Part shown: positions 33,354 to 43,284 of the stretch, one piece after another | Position numbering within the stretch: position 1 is the first letter of the stretch | Layout of the letters: each line of letters starts with the position of its first letter | Origin: Bdellovibrionota bacterium | GTDB lineage: Bacteria > Bdellovibrionota_C > UBA2361 > CALJRW01 | DNA: 64,000 nt | Assembly: GCA_041740355.1 (NCBI GenBank) | Contig: JBGSMD010000039.1 | Span: 32,001 to 96,000, forward strand | Direction: 5' to 3' | The notes under the pieces: model-generated | Databases searched by the model: none | Told to the model about the DNA's origin: nothing | Seen by the model: only the letters and a program-made list of their open reading frames with translations | Position numbers and translations under genes: made by a program

Positions 33354-34481
33354 CTAGTAAAGTCGAGTATTCACAATCTGACTAAACAATTCCTGATACT
33401 GGTTAGCAATTACTTCCCAAGAAAAGTTCTGTTCCGCAAGTGATTTTGCTTTTTTACTTAAATCACTGCGTTTATCAGGAGAATCCAAGAGCTCCTGCAT
33501 TTTGTAACTTAAATCCTGGAAGTCATTAAAAGCATAATAAATACCGACATCTTCTAATACTTCTCGGTGCTCCGGAACATCATTAGCGATCACAGCGTTG
33601 CCGTAGGCCATTGACTCAACTAGTGCGGGATGAGTTCCTCCAACTTCTGTTGCCTGGATGTAGATCAGACAATTAGTGCGTAGTTCACGGTAGGCTTCTC
33701 TAAACTGAAAACCTGTAAATATCACTTTAGAATTAGCAACAGCTTTTAAATTTTCAATGTACTCTTTGGAGTAAGGAGCATCGCCCACAATTACTAAGGG
33801 GATTTCTGTTTCTAATTTGTTATAGGCTTGAATCACCCCAAGGGCGTTATTTTCCGGCTCTAATCGACTAACATAAAGAATATATTTCTTTTCTTCTAAA
33901 CAAAAATCTTGCAAAACTTTGCCGGAGTTAATTGGCTCTGGCTTACAACCATAACGAATTATATCAGTACGCAAATGATAATTATCTTCGTAATATTTAG
34001 CGATGATCTCCGCATCCGAGATTATTCGATCGGCAAACCACACGGACGTTTTTTCTCCCAGCAAATACCACAATTTACCTAGGGCATTCCACTTTGCTCG
34101 ACGTCGCTCAATCCCATCAACATTAATGGCAATTGGATAATTATTTAGTTTTAAAATCCAAGAGAATGGACTGTTAGCGGCGTTACAAATTAAGACTACA
34201 TCAAAATCTCGCTTTAAGGCATCAAGATAAGCGGTGATCGAACTAAGCGGCGTTTCTAGATATTTTTGATAAATAGTGCTTGTTGCAATTCGTTTGATAC
34301 CTTGATAATCAGAATTATCAGGCTTTTCCCCAAATTTTTTGCGACCATAAACCGTAACTTCATGCCCCAACTTTAAGAATTGTTTGGAAATTTCTTCGGC
34401 GAAGGTCTCAAATCCACCATAATTAGCGGGGAGTCCCCTCGTACCTAAAATAGCAATTTTTAAAATTGGATAATTTACCAT
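33354..34481 (-). CDS. Glycosyltransferase family 4 (DUF1972-like N-terminus)
   Basis: ILGTRGLPANYGGFETF, RLEPENN, VGGTHPALVESM. Confidence 0.88.
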   Translation of the reverse strand: MVNYPILKIAILGTRGLPANYGGFETFAEEISKQFLKLGHEVTVYGRKKFGEKPDNSDYQGIKRIATSTIYQKYLETPLSSITAYLDALKRDFDVVLICNAANSPFSWILKLNNYPIAINVDGIERRRAKWNALGKLWYLLGEKTSVWFADRIISDAEIIAKYYEDNYHLRTDIIRYGCKPEPINSGKVLQDFCLEEKKYILYVSRLEPENNALGVIQAYNKLETEIPLVIVGDAPYSKEYIENLKAVANSKVIFTGFQFREAYRELRTNCLIYIQATEVGGTHPALVESMAYGNAVIANDVPEHREVLEDVGIYYAFNDFQDLSYKMQELLDSPDKRSDLSKKAKSLAEQNFSWEVIANQYQELFSQIVNTRLY

Positions 34482-34699
34482 TATGCTTAGATGTAATATA
34501 CTTGCTTAGCCATTGTAAGTTAGACACTTTAACTTACTAATAAATGGTAGTAAATTCAGAAGCTTAACCAAATAAACTGACTAATACGGGGTTCCCAAAT
34601 TAACAATAATATATTGTAACCTATGTTTAGTTTAGATCATCTTAATTTTAAAGCCAAAATGCCACTAAGCAAGTTTTTATCTAGTTATCAACAAAGTTA

Positions 34700-37072
34700 A
34701 TGATACATTATTTTGAAATTTTATTTTTAGAATTTTGTAGCGGGTATTTTAGCACAAGCTTTATTCTTGGACTTCCAATCCTCTTGTTGGCTTGCGGATT
34801 TATTATTCTGCAATTTTTCAAACAAGAAAAGGCTATCTTTCCCGGCATCATCGCCTTAGTTTTATTCGCCTTCGAATTCTTTCATATCTTTCGATCAGAA
34901 GAAACTGTCACACAAATTGCTAATTATATTAATGAGCTTAATACCCCTGCAGCATACGTTCAACCTTTTCCTGTCGCAATTAACTGGCTTTTCGAACCGA
35001 TTTTTTCGCTCCTTGTTGCTCCCTACGAGCTTCGTCGTTTTCACCAAGAGCTAATTTTTGTCTTTTTTGGAACATATCTTGCCAGCTTGGCTATCATTAG
35101 CTTCAAAGAATATAAAAGGACTGGTGTAGTCTGGGGTGATATGTCGTTTGCAGCATTAGCCCAGTTTAAGGACAGCGATCGTCCTGTAAGATCGGACTTT
35201 AATGAATTAGGTTCTGGTGATTTGGCTCGTGCTGAAGAAATTAATCGGTGGATGAAACCATCTGGTAAACCTAATGATACAGTCTTACATGTTACTGACA
35301 TTCGTGGTTCTACCGGGGTCATCCATAAAGAGGCAAAACTTTATATTCCCGGTGGCGAGCGAAATCGTCACATGTTAGCAATTGCTAAAACTGGGGGTGG
35401 TAAAACTACCAAACTGATTCTTCCAATTCTATTCAATGATTGCATGGATAACTCACGCAGTACAATCGTGATCGACTCCAAACCCGAGATGTGGGGTAAA
35501 CTTGCTAACTTAGTTAAGAAAAATAATCCTCATAAAAAAATAATTTTATTTAATCCCCTAGATCGTGCCAGAAGTCTAAGTTGGAATATCTTAGCAAAAA
35601 TTGAGACTGATACTGATGCCAAACTAATTGCTAACACGGTTATCATGGCGACTGATAATCCCCAATCTAAATCTGATAGCCCATTCTTTAGAAATAATGC
35701 TCTTTCACTTTTAAACTCAATTTTTGTTGGATTACTAAACGACGATAATGACATTTTATCCATGCCCCGAGTTCACCAACTAGTTCAATCTGGAATGAGA
35801 GGACTTTGTGATTGGTTAGAAGCACATCCTGAATCAATTCGTACTGCTCGTTCTTTTGTCGATCTTGCTCGTTCCGGTTCTCAGAATGCTGATACAATTA
35901 TGTCAGAACTTTCCATGAGAATTAATGCTTGGGATTTATCAGACATTCGTGCCACTACAGCTTTTAATGAAATTGATCTTCGTTGTTTAATTGAAGAACC
36001 AACTTTATTTATTGTGGAACTACGTGAGTCTGAGTTAGAGATGTTACGACCACTAGCTAACGTTATTGTAATTGAGTTACTTCGATATTTAACAAAATGT
36101 GCCGAGTCCTTTCCAGGAAACAGACTTCCAATTCCAGTTGGATTTGTAATCGATGAGTTTGCTTCCGCACTGGGCCGATTGCCAGACATTCACGTCAAAC
36201 TTAATACACTCCGCTCTCGTAACGTAAGTATCGTAGCTGCGATTCAATCGATTACTCAGGTTAAAGCTAATTATGGTGATGATTCGGATTCCGTTTTAGC
36301 TGGTTTCAGTACTAAGATTTGCATGCCCAACTTGGACATCCAAGATGCCGAATGGGCCTCTAAGGAAAGCGGACAGATGACTATTCGTTTCCAAACAGTA
36401 TCTACAGGTAGCAACCGAAAGATCGTAGAAATGTTTGCCAGCAAAAACACCGGCTCTCAAGAACAAGTACAACAACGTGCAGTTTTAACTCCTGACGAAA
36501 TTGGGCGACCACTTGATGGAAGAAACACTTTCTTCTTACCAGATACTCAACCATTCCAAGGTTTCCTTGTTCCTTTTTATAAAATCCCCCATATGCTTCG
36601 GGAGATTGAGTTGTCTGAAAAAGGACCAAAATGGCAACTGCGAGAATCTCCAATAGAATATTCTGAAAATGACGTTAAGAAAGAAATTACCGGCGGAGCT
36701 TCCGGAGGTGGAGGATCAACTCCTGCTGCAACAGCGGCATATAATGGCTTACCACCTGGAATTACCGATACTCGGGGCATGTCAGATGCGGATGTACTTG
36801 CTAAAATCGATGGTTGCCGTAAAGGTCTGGACTGGGAAAATACTACTGGAAGCGCCAGAAAATGGTGGCAAACTTTTGAGGATGAAAACAAACATCGCCC
36901 AGCTCTTGTCCTACGACTTGCTGAAGAACTTGTAACTAGAAACGCTACAATAAGTGAATTCTTCTTATCCTATGTTTACAGTAACACTGATAACATTCAA
37001 GCCAATCTTCATTACCTAGATTACAGCCGGCTAAAGAAAGAAGAAGAGAAGAAAAAACAAGAAGCAGCTTAA
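34700..37072 (+). CDS. VirD4/TraG-like coupling ATPase with an extra C-terminal domain
   Basis: N-terminal TM helices; HMLAIAKTGGGKT (Walker A), VIDSKPE, FNP..S..WN, FVIDEFASALGRLP (Walker B), LRSRNV...IQSITQ. Confidence 0.8.
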   Translation: MIHYFEILFLEFCSGYFSTSFILGLPILLLACGFIILQFFKQEKAIFPGIIALVLFAFEFFHIFRSEETVTQIANYINELNTPAAYVQPFPVAINWLFEPIFSLLVAPYELRRFHQELIFVFFGTYLASLAIISFKEYKRTGVVWGDMSFAALAQFKDSDRPVRSDFNELGSGDLARAEEINRWMKPSGKPNDTVLHVTDIRGSTGVIHKEAKLYIPGGERNRHMLAIAKTGGGKTTKLILPILFNDCMDNSRSTIVIDSKPEMWGKLANLVKKNNPHKKIILFNPLDRARSLSWNILAKIETDTDAKLIANTVIMATDNPQSKSDSPFFRNNALSLLNSIFVGLLNDDNDILSMPRVHQLVQSGMRGLCDWLEAHPESIRTARSFVDLARSGSQNADTIMSELSMRINAWDLSDIRATTAFNEIDLRCLIEEPTLFIVELRESELEMLRPLANVIVIELLRYLTKCAESFPGNRLPIPVGFVIDEFASALGRLPDIHVKLNTLRSRNVSIVAAIQSITQVKANYGDDSDSVLAGFSTKICMPNLDIQDAEWASKESGQMTIRFQTVSTGSNRKIVEMFASKNTGSQEQVQQRAVLTPDEIGRPLDGRNTFFLPDTQPFQGFLVPFYKIPHMLREIELSEKGPKWQLRESPIEYSENDVKKEITGGASGGGGSTPAATAAYNGLPPGITDTRGMSDADVLAKIDGCRKGLDWENTTGSARKWWQTFEDENKHRPALVLRLAEELVTRNATISEFFLSYVYSNTDNIQANLHYLDYSRLKKEEEKKKQEAA

Positions 37073-37196
37073 TTTCCAGCTCATAAATCAAGAATCAAAT
37101 TAGCACCAATATTAATGTTTTTCTAAGCAAAAAAAGTATTAAGTTATTCTACTAACAACACGAAATAACTATAATTATATCTGTTCCACGAACTCT

Positions 37197-38087
37197 ATGC
37201 ATCCTGATCCTCAATATCTTCAAACTTTAAGCAAATCAGAAGTGATTAGTCTGGCAAACAGATGTGGACAAGAGACTACACAACTGGAAATCTTCCTTGA
37301 AAAAAGAGTTAATCGTCATAGTATTATAGATTTGAGTTTTAATGTGGCAAACATTTTACTCAGAACTTTAATCATTGGCCTTGATAAAGAAATTCTACCG
37401 ATTGCCCATGTACCACAAATTACAAATCAAATTTTTGAAGCTATTAGTAGTGAAAATTTATCATTAACCTTTTGGAATGATTTATCAAAAAAACAACAAG
37501 ATGATTTTCATGCCCTACAAAAAGAAGCGCTGGAGAAAATTAACAAACATAATGATGGAAGTGTCAGCGCAACTGAATTAAAAAAAATAGAAGATACAAC
37601 TGCATATAATTTACGCTACTTTAAATTACGGTACATAGATCTTTCGTCAGAAGAAATATTAGGACTTTTTACCCTAGCGAATCGGCCTGCTCAGGAAAGA
37701 AATTCTGTTCATTCACTTTTAATATTAAAAGACAATCCAGAAGAAGCAATAATTTCTCCACGAGAGTTGGGCATTGCCGCACATACTCTACTTTTTCGTG
37801 CTGATCGGCGACTCAATTCTCATCGACATGATTCGATCTCTTGCCATCAAGCATTACAGTTAATTGAATTAGCCTTAAATGCATTTGCTTTTTTGGGGAA
37901 AGAATCAAATTTGAAGAATGTGGATTTTGGAAATCCCGAGACCGCTTTAGCAATTAAAACTTGGGCAATAAAACAAGGAATCTTGGATCCAATTGAATCC
38001 GTTGGAAAAAAATTAACCACAACTCAAGATAAATCTGACTTTGCTTCACTACGAAGCTTTTATCAAAAAATTTTTAGCGCTTTATAA
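37197..38087 (+). CDS. Hypothetical helical protein
   Basis: 296-aa ORF with no recognised motif. Confidence 0.65.
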   Translation: MHPDPQYLQTLSKSEVISLANRCGQETTQLEIFLEKRVNRHSIIDLSFNVANILLRTLIIGLDKEILPIAHVPQITNQIFEAISSENLSLTFWNDLSKKQQDDFHALQKEALEKINKHNDGSVSATELKKIEDTTAYNLRYFKLRYIDLSSEEILGLFTLANRPAQERNSVHSLLILKDNPEEAIISPRELGIAAHTLLFRADRRLNSHRHDSISCHQALQLIELALNAFAFLGKESNLKNVDFGNPETALAIKTWAIKQGILDPIESVGKKLTTTQDKSDFASLRSFYQKIFSAL

Positions 38088-38099
38088 AGACGGATAAAA

Positions 38100-38942
38100 T
38101 TAGAATTTATAATCGATCTGATTACTAGCAACTGTCACACCAGTTTCATTTCTGGGCGTAAAGGATTTCAGCTCGGTATTAACACTACCAACAAATACTT
38201 CACTGGAAATTCTTAAAATTTCACGTTTAGCATCAGCAGTCACATAAATGTTTGCTTGTCTAAGTTTTTTAGATTCCTCATTTGAACTAATTTTCTTAAC
38301 TTTTGGCTGAATAACCCATACATCTTTTTGAACACCATTAACTCTCATCTTCACCATTTCTTTACTTGTAAAAGAAATTAGATAACGACTTTTACCATTA
38401 AAAGTATCAAAGTATCTTGTAGTTCCAGGCGACCAATCAAGACTTCTAGCAAAAAATGCCGCCGAAAACGGTTCCAACATCATATTGTTAGGGTCAAAAT
38501 CATAATCAATATCAGCCCTATTAGTGTCAGTATAATTTGATACTACTCGATCAGGGCTCTCAAAGCTGATATTTGCTACCTTATGTCTGGAATTCTCATA
38601 AGAATCGATTGTTGTTTGAATTGGACGATAATCAACTCCGGAGAGTAATCCATAAGCATGATACTTTAATTTGTAAAAAATACTGATCGCTGAATTAGTT
38701 TTAACATTAGTGGAAAGCTTGTAATTAACTCCTTCCTTATCAACATCAACTAAGACTGTAGCTGCTGGGATCCCTGCCCAACTGACCGAAAATTCATAAG
38801 TTCCAAGCTCTGGCTTAAATTCAGTGAACTCCGGCTGATAACTTGGAGTAGATACAATCAGTTTATCGAGCTCAACGACTTCTGCCTGAACACCAAGCGA
38901 TAAACCAAATGATAAGAATGTTGTGAGAAGTAGTTTTTTCAT
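38100..38942 (-). CDS. DUF3108-like exported protein
   Basis: Signal peptide MKKLLL; YEFSVSWAGIPAA and C-terminal IYVTAD..REILRI..VFVGSV pattern; start uncertain. Confidence 0.65.
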   Translation of the reverse strand: MKKLLLTTFLSFGLSLGVQAEVVELDKLIVSTPSYQPEFTEFKPELGTYEFSVSWAGIPAATVLVDVDKEGVNYKLSTNVKTNSAISIFYKLKYHAYGLLSGVDYRPIQTTIDSYENSRHKVANISFESPDRVVSNYTDTNRADIDYDFDPNNMMLEPFSAAFFARSLDWSPGTTRYFDTFNGKSRYLISFTSKEMVKMRVNGVQKDVWVIQPKVKKISSNEESKKLRQANIYVTADAKREILRISSEVFVGSVNTELKSFTPRNETGVTVASNQIDYKF

Positions 38943-39085
38943 ATTTAAGTTTTGATTTGTCATAATACTATTACACAGCACCCCTTTTAACCAGAGTAGA
39001 CTTGCCAAAGAACCGCAGCTATTCTACCATTTTACAGTTACTAAACAACAACTGCCCATCTAAGCATCTAAATTTACTAAGGATT

Positions 39086-39562
39086 ATGATTACTGGCTCA
39101 CTGCAAACCGACTCTCCTAGTCTTTATTCTAAACTAAAACGCTTGTTCACTATTTCGGAAATAAGTGAATTTGAAGCGAGTTACCAAGTAATCTCTAAAG
39201 AACCAAAGATTCGCTCCGAAAATGGATGGCGGGAAAAGGGCGTAAATTTCAATCCAAAACCAGCTAGGATTTTAGAAATTTTACTGGAATGTGGAATTAC
39301 ATCCAAAGGGACACTGCTTACTGCTCTCGAAACTCTCAGCGATCATGAGACACAAGCATCCCCCGAGCCAAATATCAGACTAGCATTAATCCTCGATGCG
39401 ATTAGACACCTAAGCTATCAGCAGACTCCACAAGAAAATTACCAACATCTAAAATCTGAATTTATCGCCTTGCAAGAAACATTTTCTAATAGTCCCAACT
39501 TGAATCGCAAATTATTAGACAAAGTTCACAGTGCTTTTAGACTTTATCAAAAGTTTTCTTAA
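39086..39562 (+). CDS. Hypothetical protein, possibly a degenerate HD-domain fold
   Basis: ATG at 39086 preceded by AAGGA; weak resemblance to SpoT/Mesh1 HD spacing. Confidence 0.55.
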   Translation: MITGSLQTDSPSLYSKLKRLFTISEISEFEASYQVISKEPKIRSENGWREKGVNFNPKPARILEILLECGITSKGTLLTALETLSDHETQASPEPNIRLALILDAIRHLSYQQTPQENYQHLKSEFIALQETFSNSPNLNRKLLDKVHSAFRLYQKFS

Positions 39563-39621
39563 TTCTAAGCTAAAAATTTGTCTTTTTATATTTTTCAGTT
39601 ATATTAGCTGTTCAGATTAGT

Positions 39622-39703
39622 GCCGGGGTGGCGGAATTGGTAGACGCGCCGGATTCAAAATCCGGTATCCTTGGATGTGCGAGTTCGATTCTCGCCTCCG
39701 GTA
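39622..39703 (+). tRNA. tRNA-Leu(CAA)
   Basis: Acceptor GCCGGGG/CTCCGGT, D-loop AATTGGTAGA, anticodon arm CCGGA-TTCAAAA-TCCGG, long variable arm, GTTCGATT; CCA not encoded. Confidence 0.95.
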
Positions 39704-39890
39704 TGATTTGCCCACTGGCAAATCATCCGCCGAAACTTTTGAAGCGAAGGTGGACTGTTCGCATAAATCTAATTAATTCTCCTAATTAATCTTAAACAGG
39801 AAAGAATCGAGCTCTACTGGTTATAAAATATCTTCATGTATAAAACAGCCAACGGGCAAATCATCCATTGAAGCTTTAGCGAAGTAATGA
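39704..39890. repeat. Two diverged GGCAAATCATCC + family-C hairpin units after the tRNA
   Basis: GGCAAATCATCCGCCGAAACTTTTGAAGCGAAGGTGGA and GGCAAATCATCCATTGAAGCTTTAGCGAAGTAATGA. Confidence 0.65.
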
Positions 39891-40045
39891 GTTACCTGTA
39901 TAAAATCAAACCATTTGTTCAATTTATCAAAATGAAGGAAATCAAAAACTCTGAATAGAGAATTTTGACTGTAAATCTTCTCAACAGAATCAAAAAAATT
40001 TCAGTCAAAATCTCTGAAAAATTAATTAATTAAGAACTTAAGCAT

Positions 40046-40540
40046 CTATTGAGCATCGATACAGATTGCATGAGCAGTCATCTCAGGTGAAACTTCGTAA
40101 TCAGCAATATTTACGTACAGACAATTAACTTGCAAACTACCCGTAGTAGGAGAATTACTAATAGAAAAGCTTGTCATTACATCAGCATAAGCCGCTACAC
40201 CAAAATCACATACCCCAGAAGTGGGTTTTTGCCCTAATGGACATTCTACACTTAGTGTATGAGAAGTACGTGGTTGAATTAAGACTGATTCGGTATCGCT
40301 GATATATCTACTATAATTTGTTACTCCATTAGGACCCTGAGGACCCTGAGGACCAACCGCTCCAATCTCAGCAAGTGTTTCTAAGTTAACAGTAATTTCA
40401 TTTTTACTTTTGCATTTAGGACGAACAAGAAAAGAATTGCTTTTACTGCTGTAGCACAATTTTAAGGGAGGGGTTTGCGCAATAGCAAAATTAGAAGAAA
40501 AAAAGACGAAAACCAAAAGTAGTAAAAAACTTTTATTCAT
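40046..40540 (-). CDS. Secreted protein with a short collagen-like linker
   Basis: Signal peptide; GAVGPQGPQGPNG between two Cys-containing domains. Confidence 0.7.
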   Translation of the reverse strand: MNKSFLLLLVFVFFSSNFAIAQTPPLKLCYSSKSNSFLVRPKCKSKNEITVNLETLAEIGAVGPQGPQGPNGVTNYSRYISDTESVLIQPRTSHTLSVECPLGQKPTSGVCDFGVAAYADVMTSFSISNSPTTGSLQVNCLYVNIADYEVSPEMTAHAICIDAQ

Positions 40541-40708
40541 AAAATCCTTAAAAAATAAACCTATTAAAAATCACATACATTAACATAAATATGTAAACTT
40601 TTTAGTATATTATATTATCCCGTCGTAACCTTCAATAGATCAAATTTTTAAGACGATTCTCAATAAACGCTTCTCCAGGTTGAAATAAGAAAGATTTCCT
40701 TACTTAAT

Positions 40709-41443
40709 TTAACCCAGATCATTAAAATGCTCTTGGAATTCAATGTTATGATAAACTTTTACAATATCCTCCCCTGCTTCTAACATATCAATTAGCTTCA
40801 TGTTGGCTAAGTATGATTCATCATCTATGGTCTTGTAGCTAACAGGAATCTGCGCCAAACTTGCTTCTTCTGGAATGATACCAAGGCTTTCTAACTTTTT
40901 AGAAATAGCACCAAAGTTTTCCTTAGCAGCATAAACAGAAAAATATCCATCTTCATTTTCAATGTCGTCTGCTCCGGCATCAATCATTTCTAAAGTGAAA
41001 TCATCTTCGTTAAGTCCAGCATTTGGAACTTCAAAAACAGCTTGGCGATTAAAAATAAATTGTAATGATCCTTGGGTTTCTAGCGAACCGCCACATTTAT
41101 TAAAGCAAAGTCGAACAAAGGCAATTGTTCTAGTAACATTATTAGTAGATGCTTCAACAAAGATTCCTACACCTTTTGGACCATAGCCTTCATAAGAAAC
41201 TTCATGTTCCTCATCAACTCCATCGCCTAATCCCCGTTTGATAGCTTTATCAATGTTATCTTTAGGAACGTTATTTTTCTTACATTTCTCAAAAGCAACT
41301 TTTAAGAGAAAATTAGTATTTGGATCTTGCCCGCCTTTTTTAACAGCCGCCGTAACTTCAAATAAAATTTTAGTATAAACCAAACTACGCTGTTGATCCG
41401 CAGCACCTTTCTTATTTACAATGTTGGCCCATTTTCTGCCCAT
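40709..41443 (-). CDS. yebC: YebC/PmpR-family protein
   Basis: MGRKWANI..KKG, NVPKDNIDKAIKRG, YEGYGPKG, TNN..RT. Confidence 0.93.
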   Translation of the reverse strand: MGRKWANIVNKKGAADQQRSLVYTKILFEVTAAVKKGGQDPNTNFLLKVAFEKCKKNNVPKDNIDKAIKRGLGDGVDEEHEVSYEGYGPKGVGIFVEASTNNVTRTIAFVRLCFNKCGGSLETQGSLQFIFNRQAVFEVPNAGLNEDDFTLEMIDAGADDIENEDGYFSVYAAKENFGAISKKLESLGIIPEEASLAQIPVSYKTIDDESYLANMKLIDMLEAGEDIVKVYHNIEFQEHFNDLG

Positions 41444-41459
41444 AGGATTCTTTTTAAAT

Positions 41460-41695
41460 AATAAACCCTCCGCAAATAAAATTTGTGGAGGGCGAGCGTA
41501 ATCTTGGTTTTAGTCAAGTTACGCCGTAGAAGACAAAACTAATACTCACCGCCTATCTGCGTTGGGTTTAGTTGTTATTTTCTACGGCAAAACCTGCCTT
41601 CCACCTTCGCTAAAGCTACGGCGGACAAGGCGACAGGATTTTGCTCGCTCACCTATCTTTTCATTTTTCTCAAAAATGAAAAGCGGTGAGTATAA
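41460..41695. repeat. Mosaic of palindromic repeats upstream of yebC
   Basis: At least four adjacent hairpins, including family C (41600-41625) and family D units. Confidence 0.7.
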
Positions 41696-41912
41696 ATAGT
41701 TACGAACTTAACTTATAACAGGTTTGATTTTGGATCAAAACTTTGAGAATTAGCTTTTATCACCCATCAGATACACAAGGCAAAATTTATATGATAAACA
41801 TATTAAATTATTAATCTTCTTATAAACAAATTACCCAATCGACTTGTAGAAAGACTGCAATCATTTTTATTTTATGGTATAAAAAATTTAACATTGAATT
41901 AGGTCATATATC

Positions 41913-43016
41913 ATGAAACTTTTAATTACACTGGTTCTCCTCATATTACCTTCCCAGATTTATGCGGAAGCACCAAAGGTCAAGATACCTGTCCTAATCC
42001 CCCTAACTGGAAATGCCAGTGAACAAGCTATTTGGATTAAGCAGGGATTAGAACTAGCAACCCATCAAATAAATCAAAGCTCAGATTTTCAAATTGAATT
42101 ACTGTATCAAGACACACAACTCGATCCGAAAACTGCTATTTCGGCCTATCGCCATTTAAAAAGCTTTGACTCATTTCCAGCAATTATTACCATGGGTTCG
42201 GGAGTTGCAATGGCACTCTCACCAATAGTTAATCAGGATCAGGTAATTCAAATGGGAGTTGCCACAGAAACTGTTGATTATACTTCTCCTGATGACTACA
42301 ACTTTCGGACATCTCCAACTGCTGAACAAGTTGCCGGTTTTGCTGAAAACTTCATAACTAATCAGCTTAAAGCAAATAAAATTGCGATCATTAAAATCAA
42401 TAATGATTATGGAATTAGCTCTGCTAATGAATTAAAGAAAAAATTTCTGCGTGACGGAAATTTAATTGTCGCCGAAGAAGTCGTTCAGCCAGGTGATAGT
42501 AATTTTCGATCTCAACTTCTTAAAGTCAAAACAAGTGCTCCCGATTTAATTTACTTAATATCGTATCCAAATGAAGGCGCATTAATCCTAAAACAAGCTA
42601 AACAATTAGGTTTAAATACTAAGATTCTGGCAACCACAGCAATTAATGGTAATGAAAACTTTTTAGAATTAGCCGCTGGTGGAGCCGAAGGAATTTCGGT
42701 AATCTCCATGACTCCCGTAATTCCGAATAGCCCCAATCCGCTTACTGTAAAATTTATTAAAGACTTTGAAGGTTTCTTTAAGTTTCCACCTTCGCTTCAA
42801 GCCTTCTTGGCACTCAAATCTTATGATGCGCTAATGATTCTAGCCAATCAAATTAAAACTTGTGGACCCAAGGACACAGCCTGTATTAAAGAAAAACTGT
42901 TTCAAGTAAAATCTTACCAAGGTTCCAGTGGCAAAATTGCCTTTGACCATAATGGCGATGTAACTTCAGATTTGTATATTTTGACTGTCAAGGATGGCGC
43001 GTTTATTCTTTCTTAA
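41913..43016 (+). CDS. LivJ/K-like ABC substrate-binding protein (orphan)
   Basis: IPLTG..S, DTQLDPKTA, NFRTSP, NNDYG, YDAL, GKIAFDHNGD. Confidence 0.85.
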   Translation: MKLLITLVLLILPSQIYAEAPKVKIPVLIPLTGNASEQAIWIKQGLELATHQINQSSDFQIELLYQDTQLDPKTAISAYRHLKSFDSFPAIITMGSGVAMALSPIVNQDQVIQMGVATETVDYTSPDDYNFRTSPTAEQVAGFAENFITNQLKANKIAIIKINNDYGISSANELKKKFLRDGNLIVAEEVVQPGDSNFRSQLLKVKTSAPDLIYLISYPNEGALILKQAKQLGLNTKILATTAINGNENFLELAAGGAEGISVISMTPVIPNSPNPLTVKFIKDFEGFFKFPPSLQAFLALKSYDALMILANQIKTCGPKDTACIKEKLFQVKSYQGSSGKIAFDHNGDVTSDLYILTVKDGAFILS

Positions 43017-43106
43017 CTGCGAAAGAAGAGTTTATTTTAATTGATTTTCTTCTAACATCAGTTCGACTTAAGATTCGTCACGAGACAAGCAAAGTGACTG
43101 AAATAT

Positions 43107-43163
43107 TAGTTATGACATCTTTAAAGATTCTCAAAACCATTTATTAATTTATTGTCATAACTA
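43107..43163. repeat. Solo TAGTTATGACA..TGTCATAACTA module
   Basis: 11-bp perfect inverted repeat, the same as the ends of the second module of family B. Confidence 0.65.
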
Positions 43164-43198
43164 AACTATTAACTCCCTCTGGGGGTTTTAATAATTGT

Positions 43199-43284
43199 AA
43201 TTTGACTAGAAAAAATAAAAAATTCACGCGGAGGCGTAATAGTATTACGGCGAGCATGAATTATTTTCTTTTTTCAGGCAAATT
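43199..43284. repeat. Palindromic element with a family-E-like core
   Basis: AATTTGACT..AATTCA-CGCGGAGGCGTAATAGTATTACGGCGAGCA-TGAATT..AGGCAAATT. Confidence 0.65.

Noticed and set aside
35041-36935. Several short alternative-frame or antisense ORFs inside the VirD4-like gene (also in gnd, ugd, aroC and others)
   Set aside because: These are shadow ORFs of well-supported genes and show no motifs of their own.
40330-40360. GGACCCTGA tandem repeat
   Set aside because: It is explained by the coding GPQGPQGP collagen-like linker.
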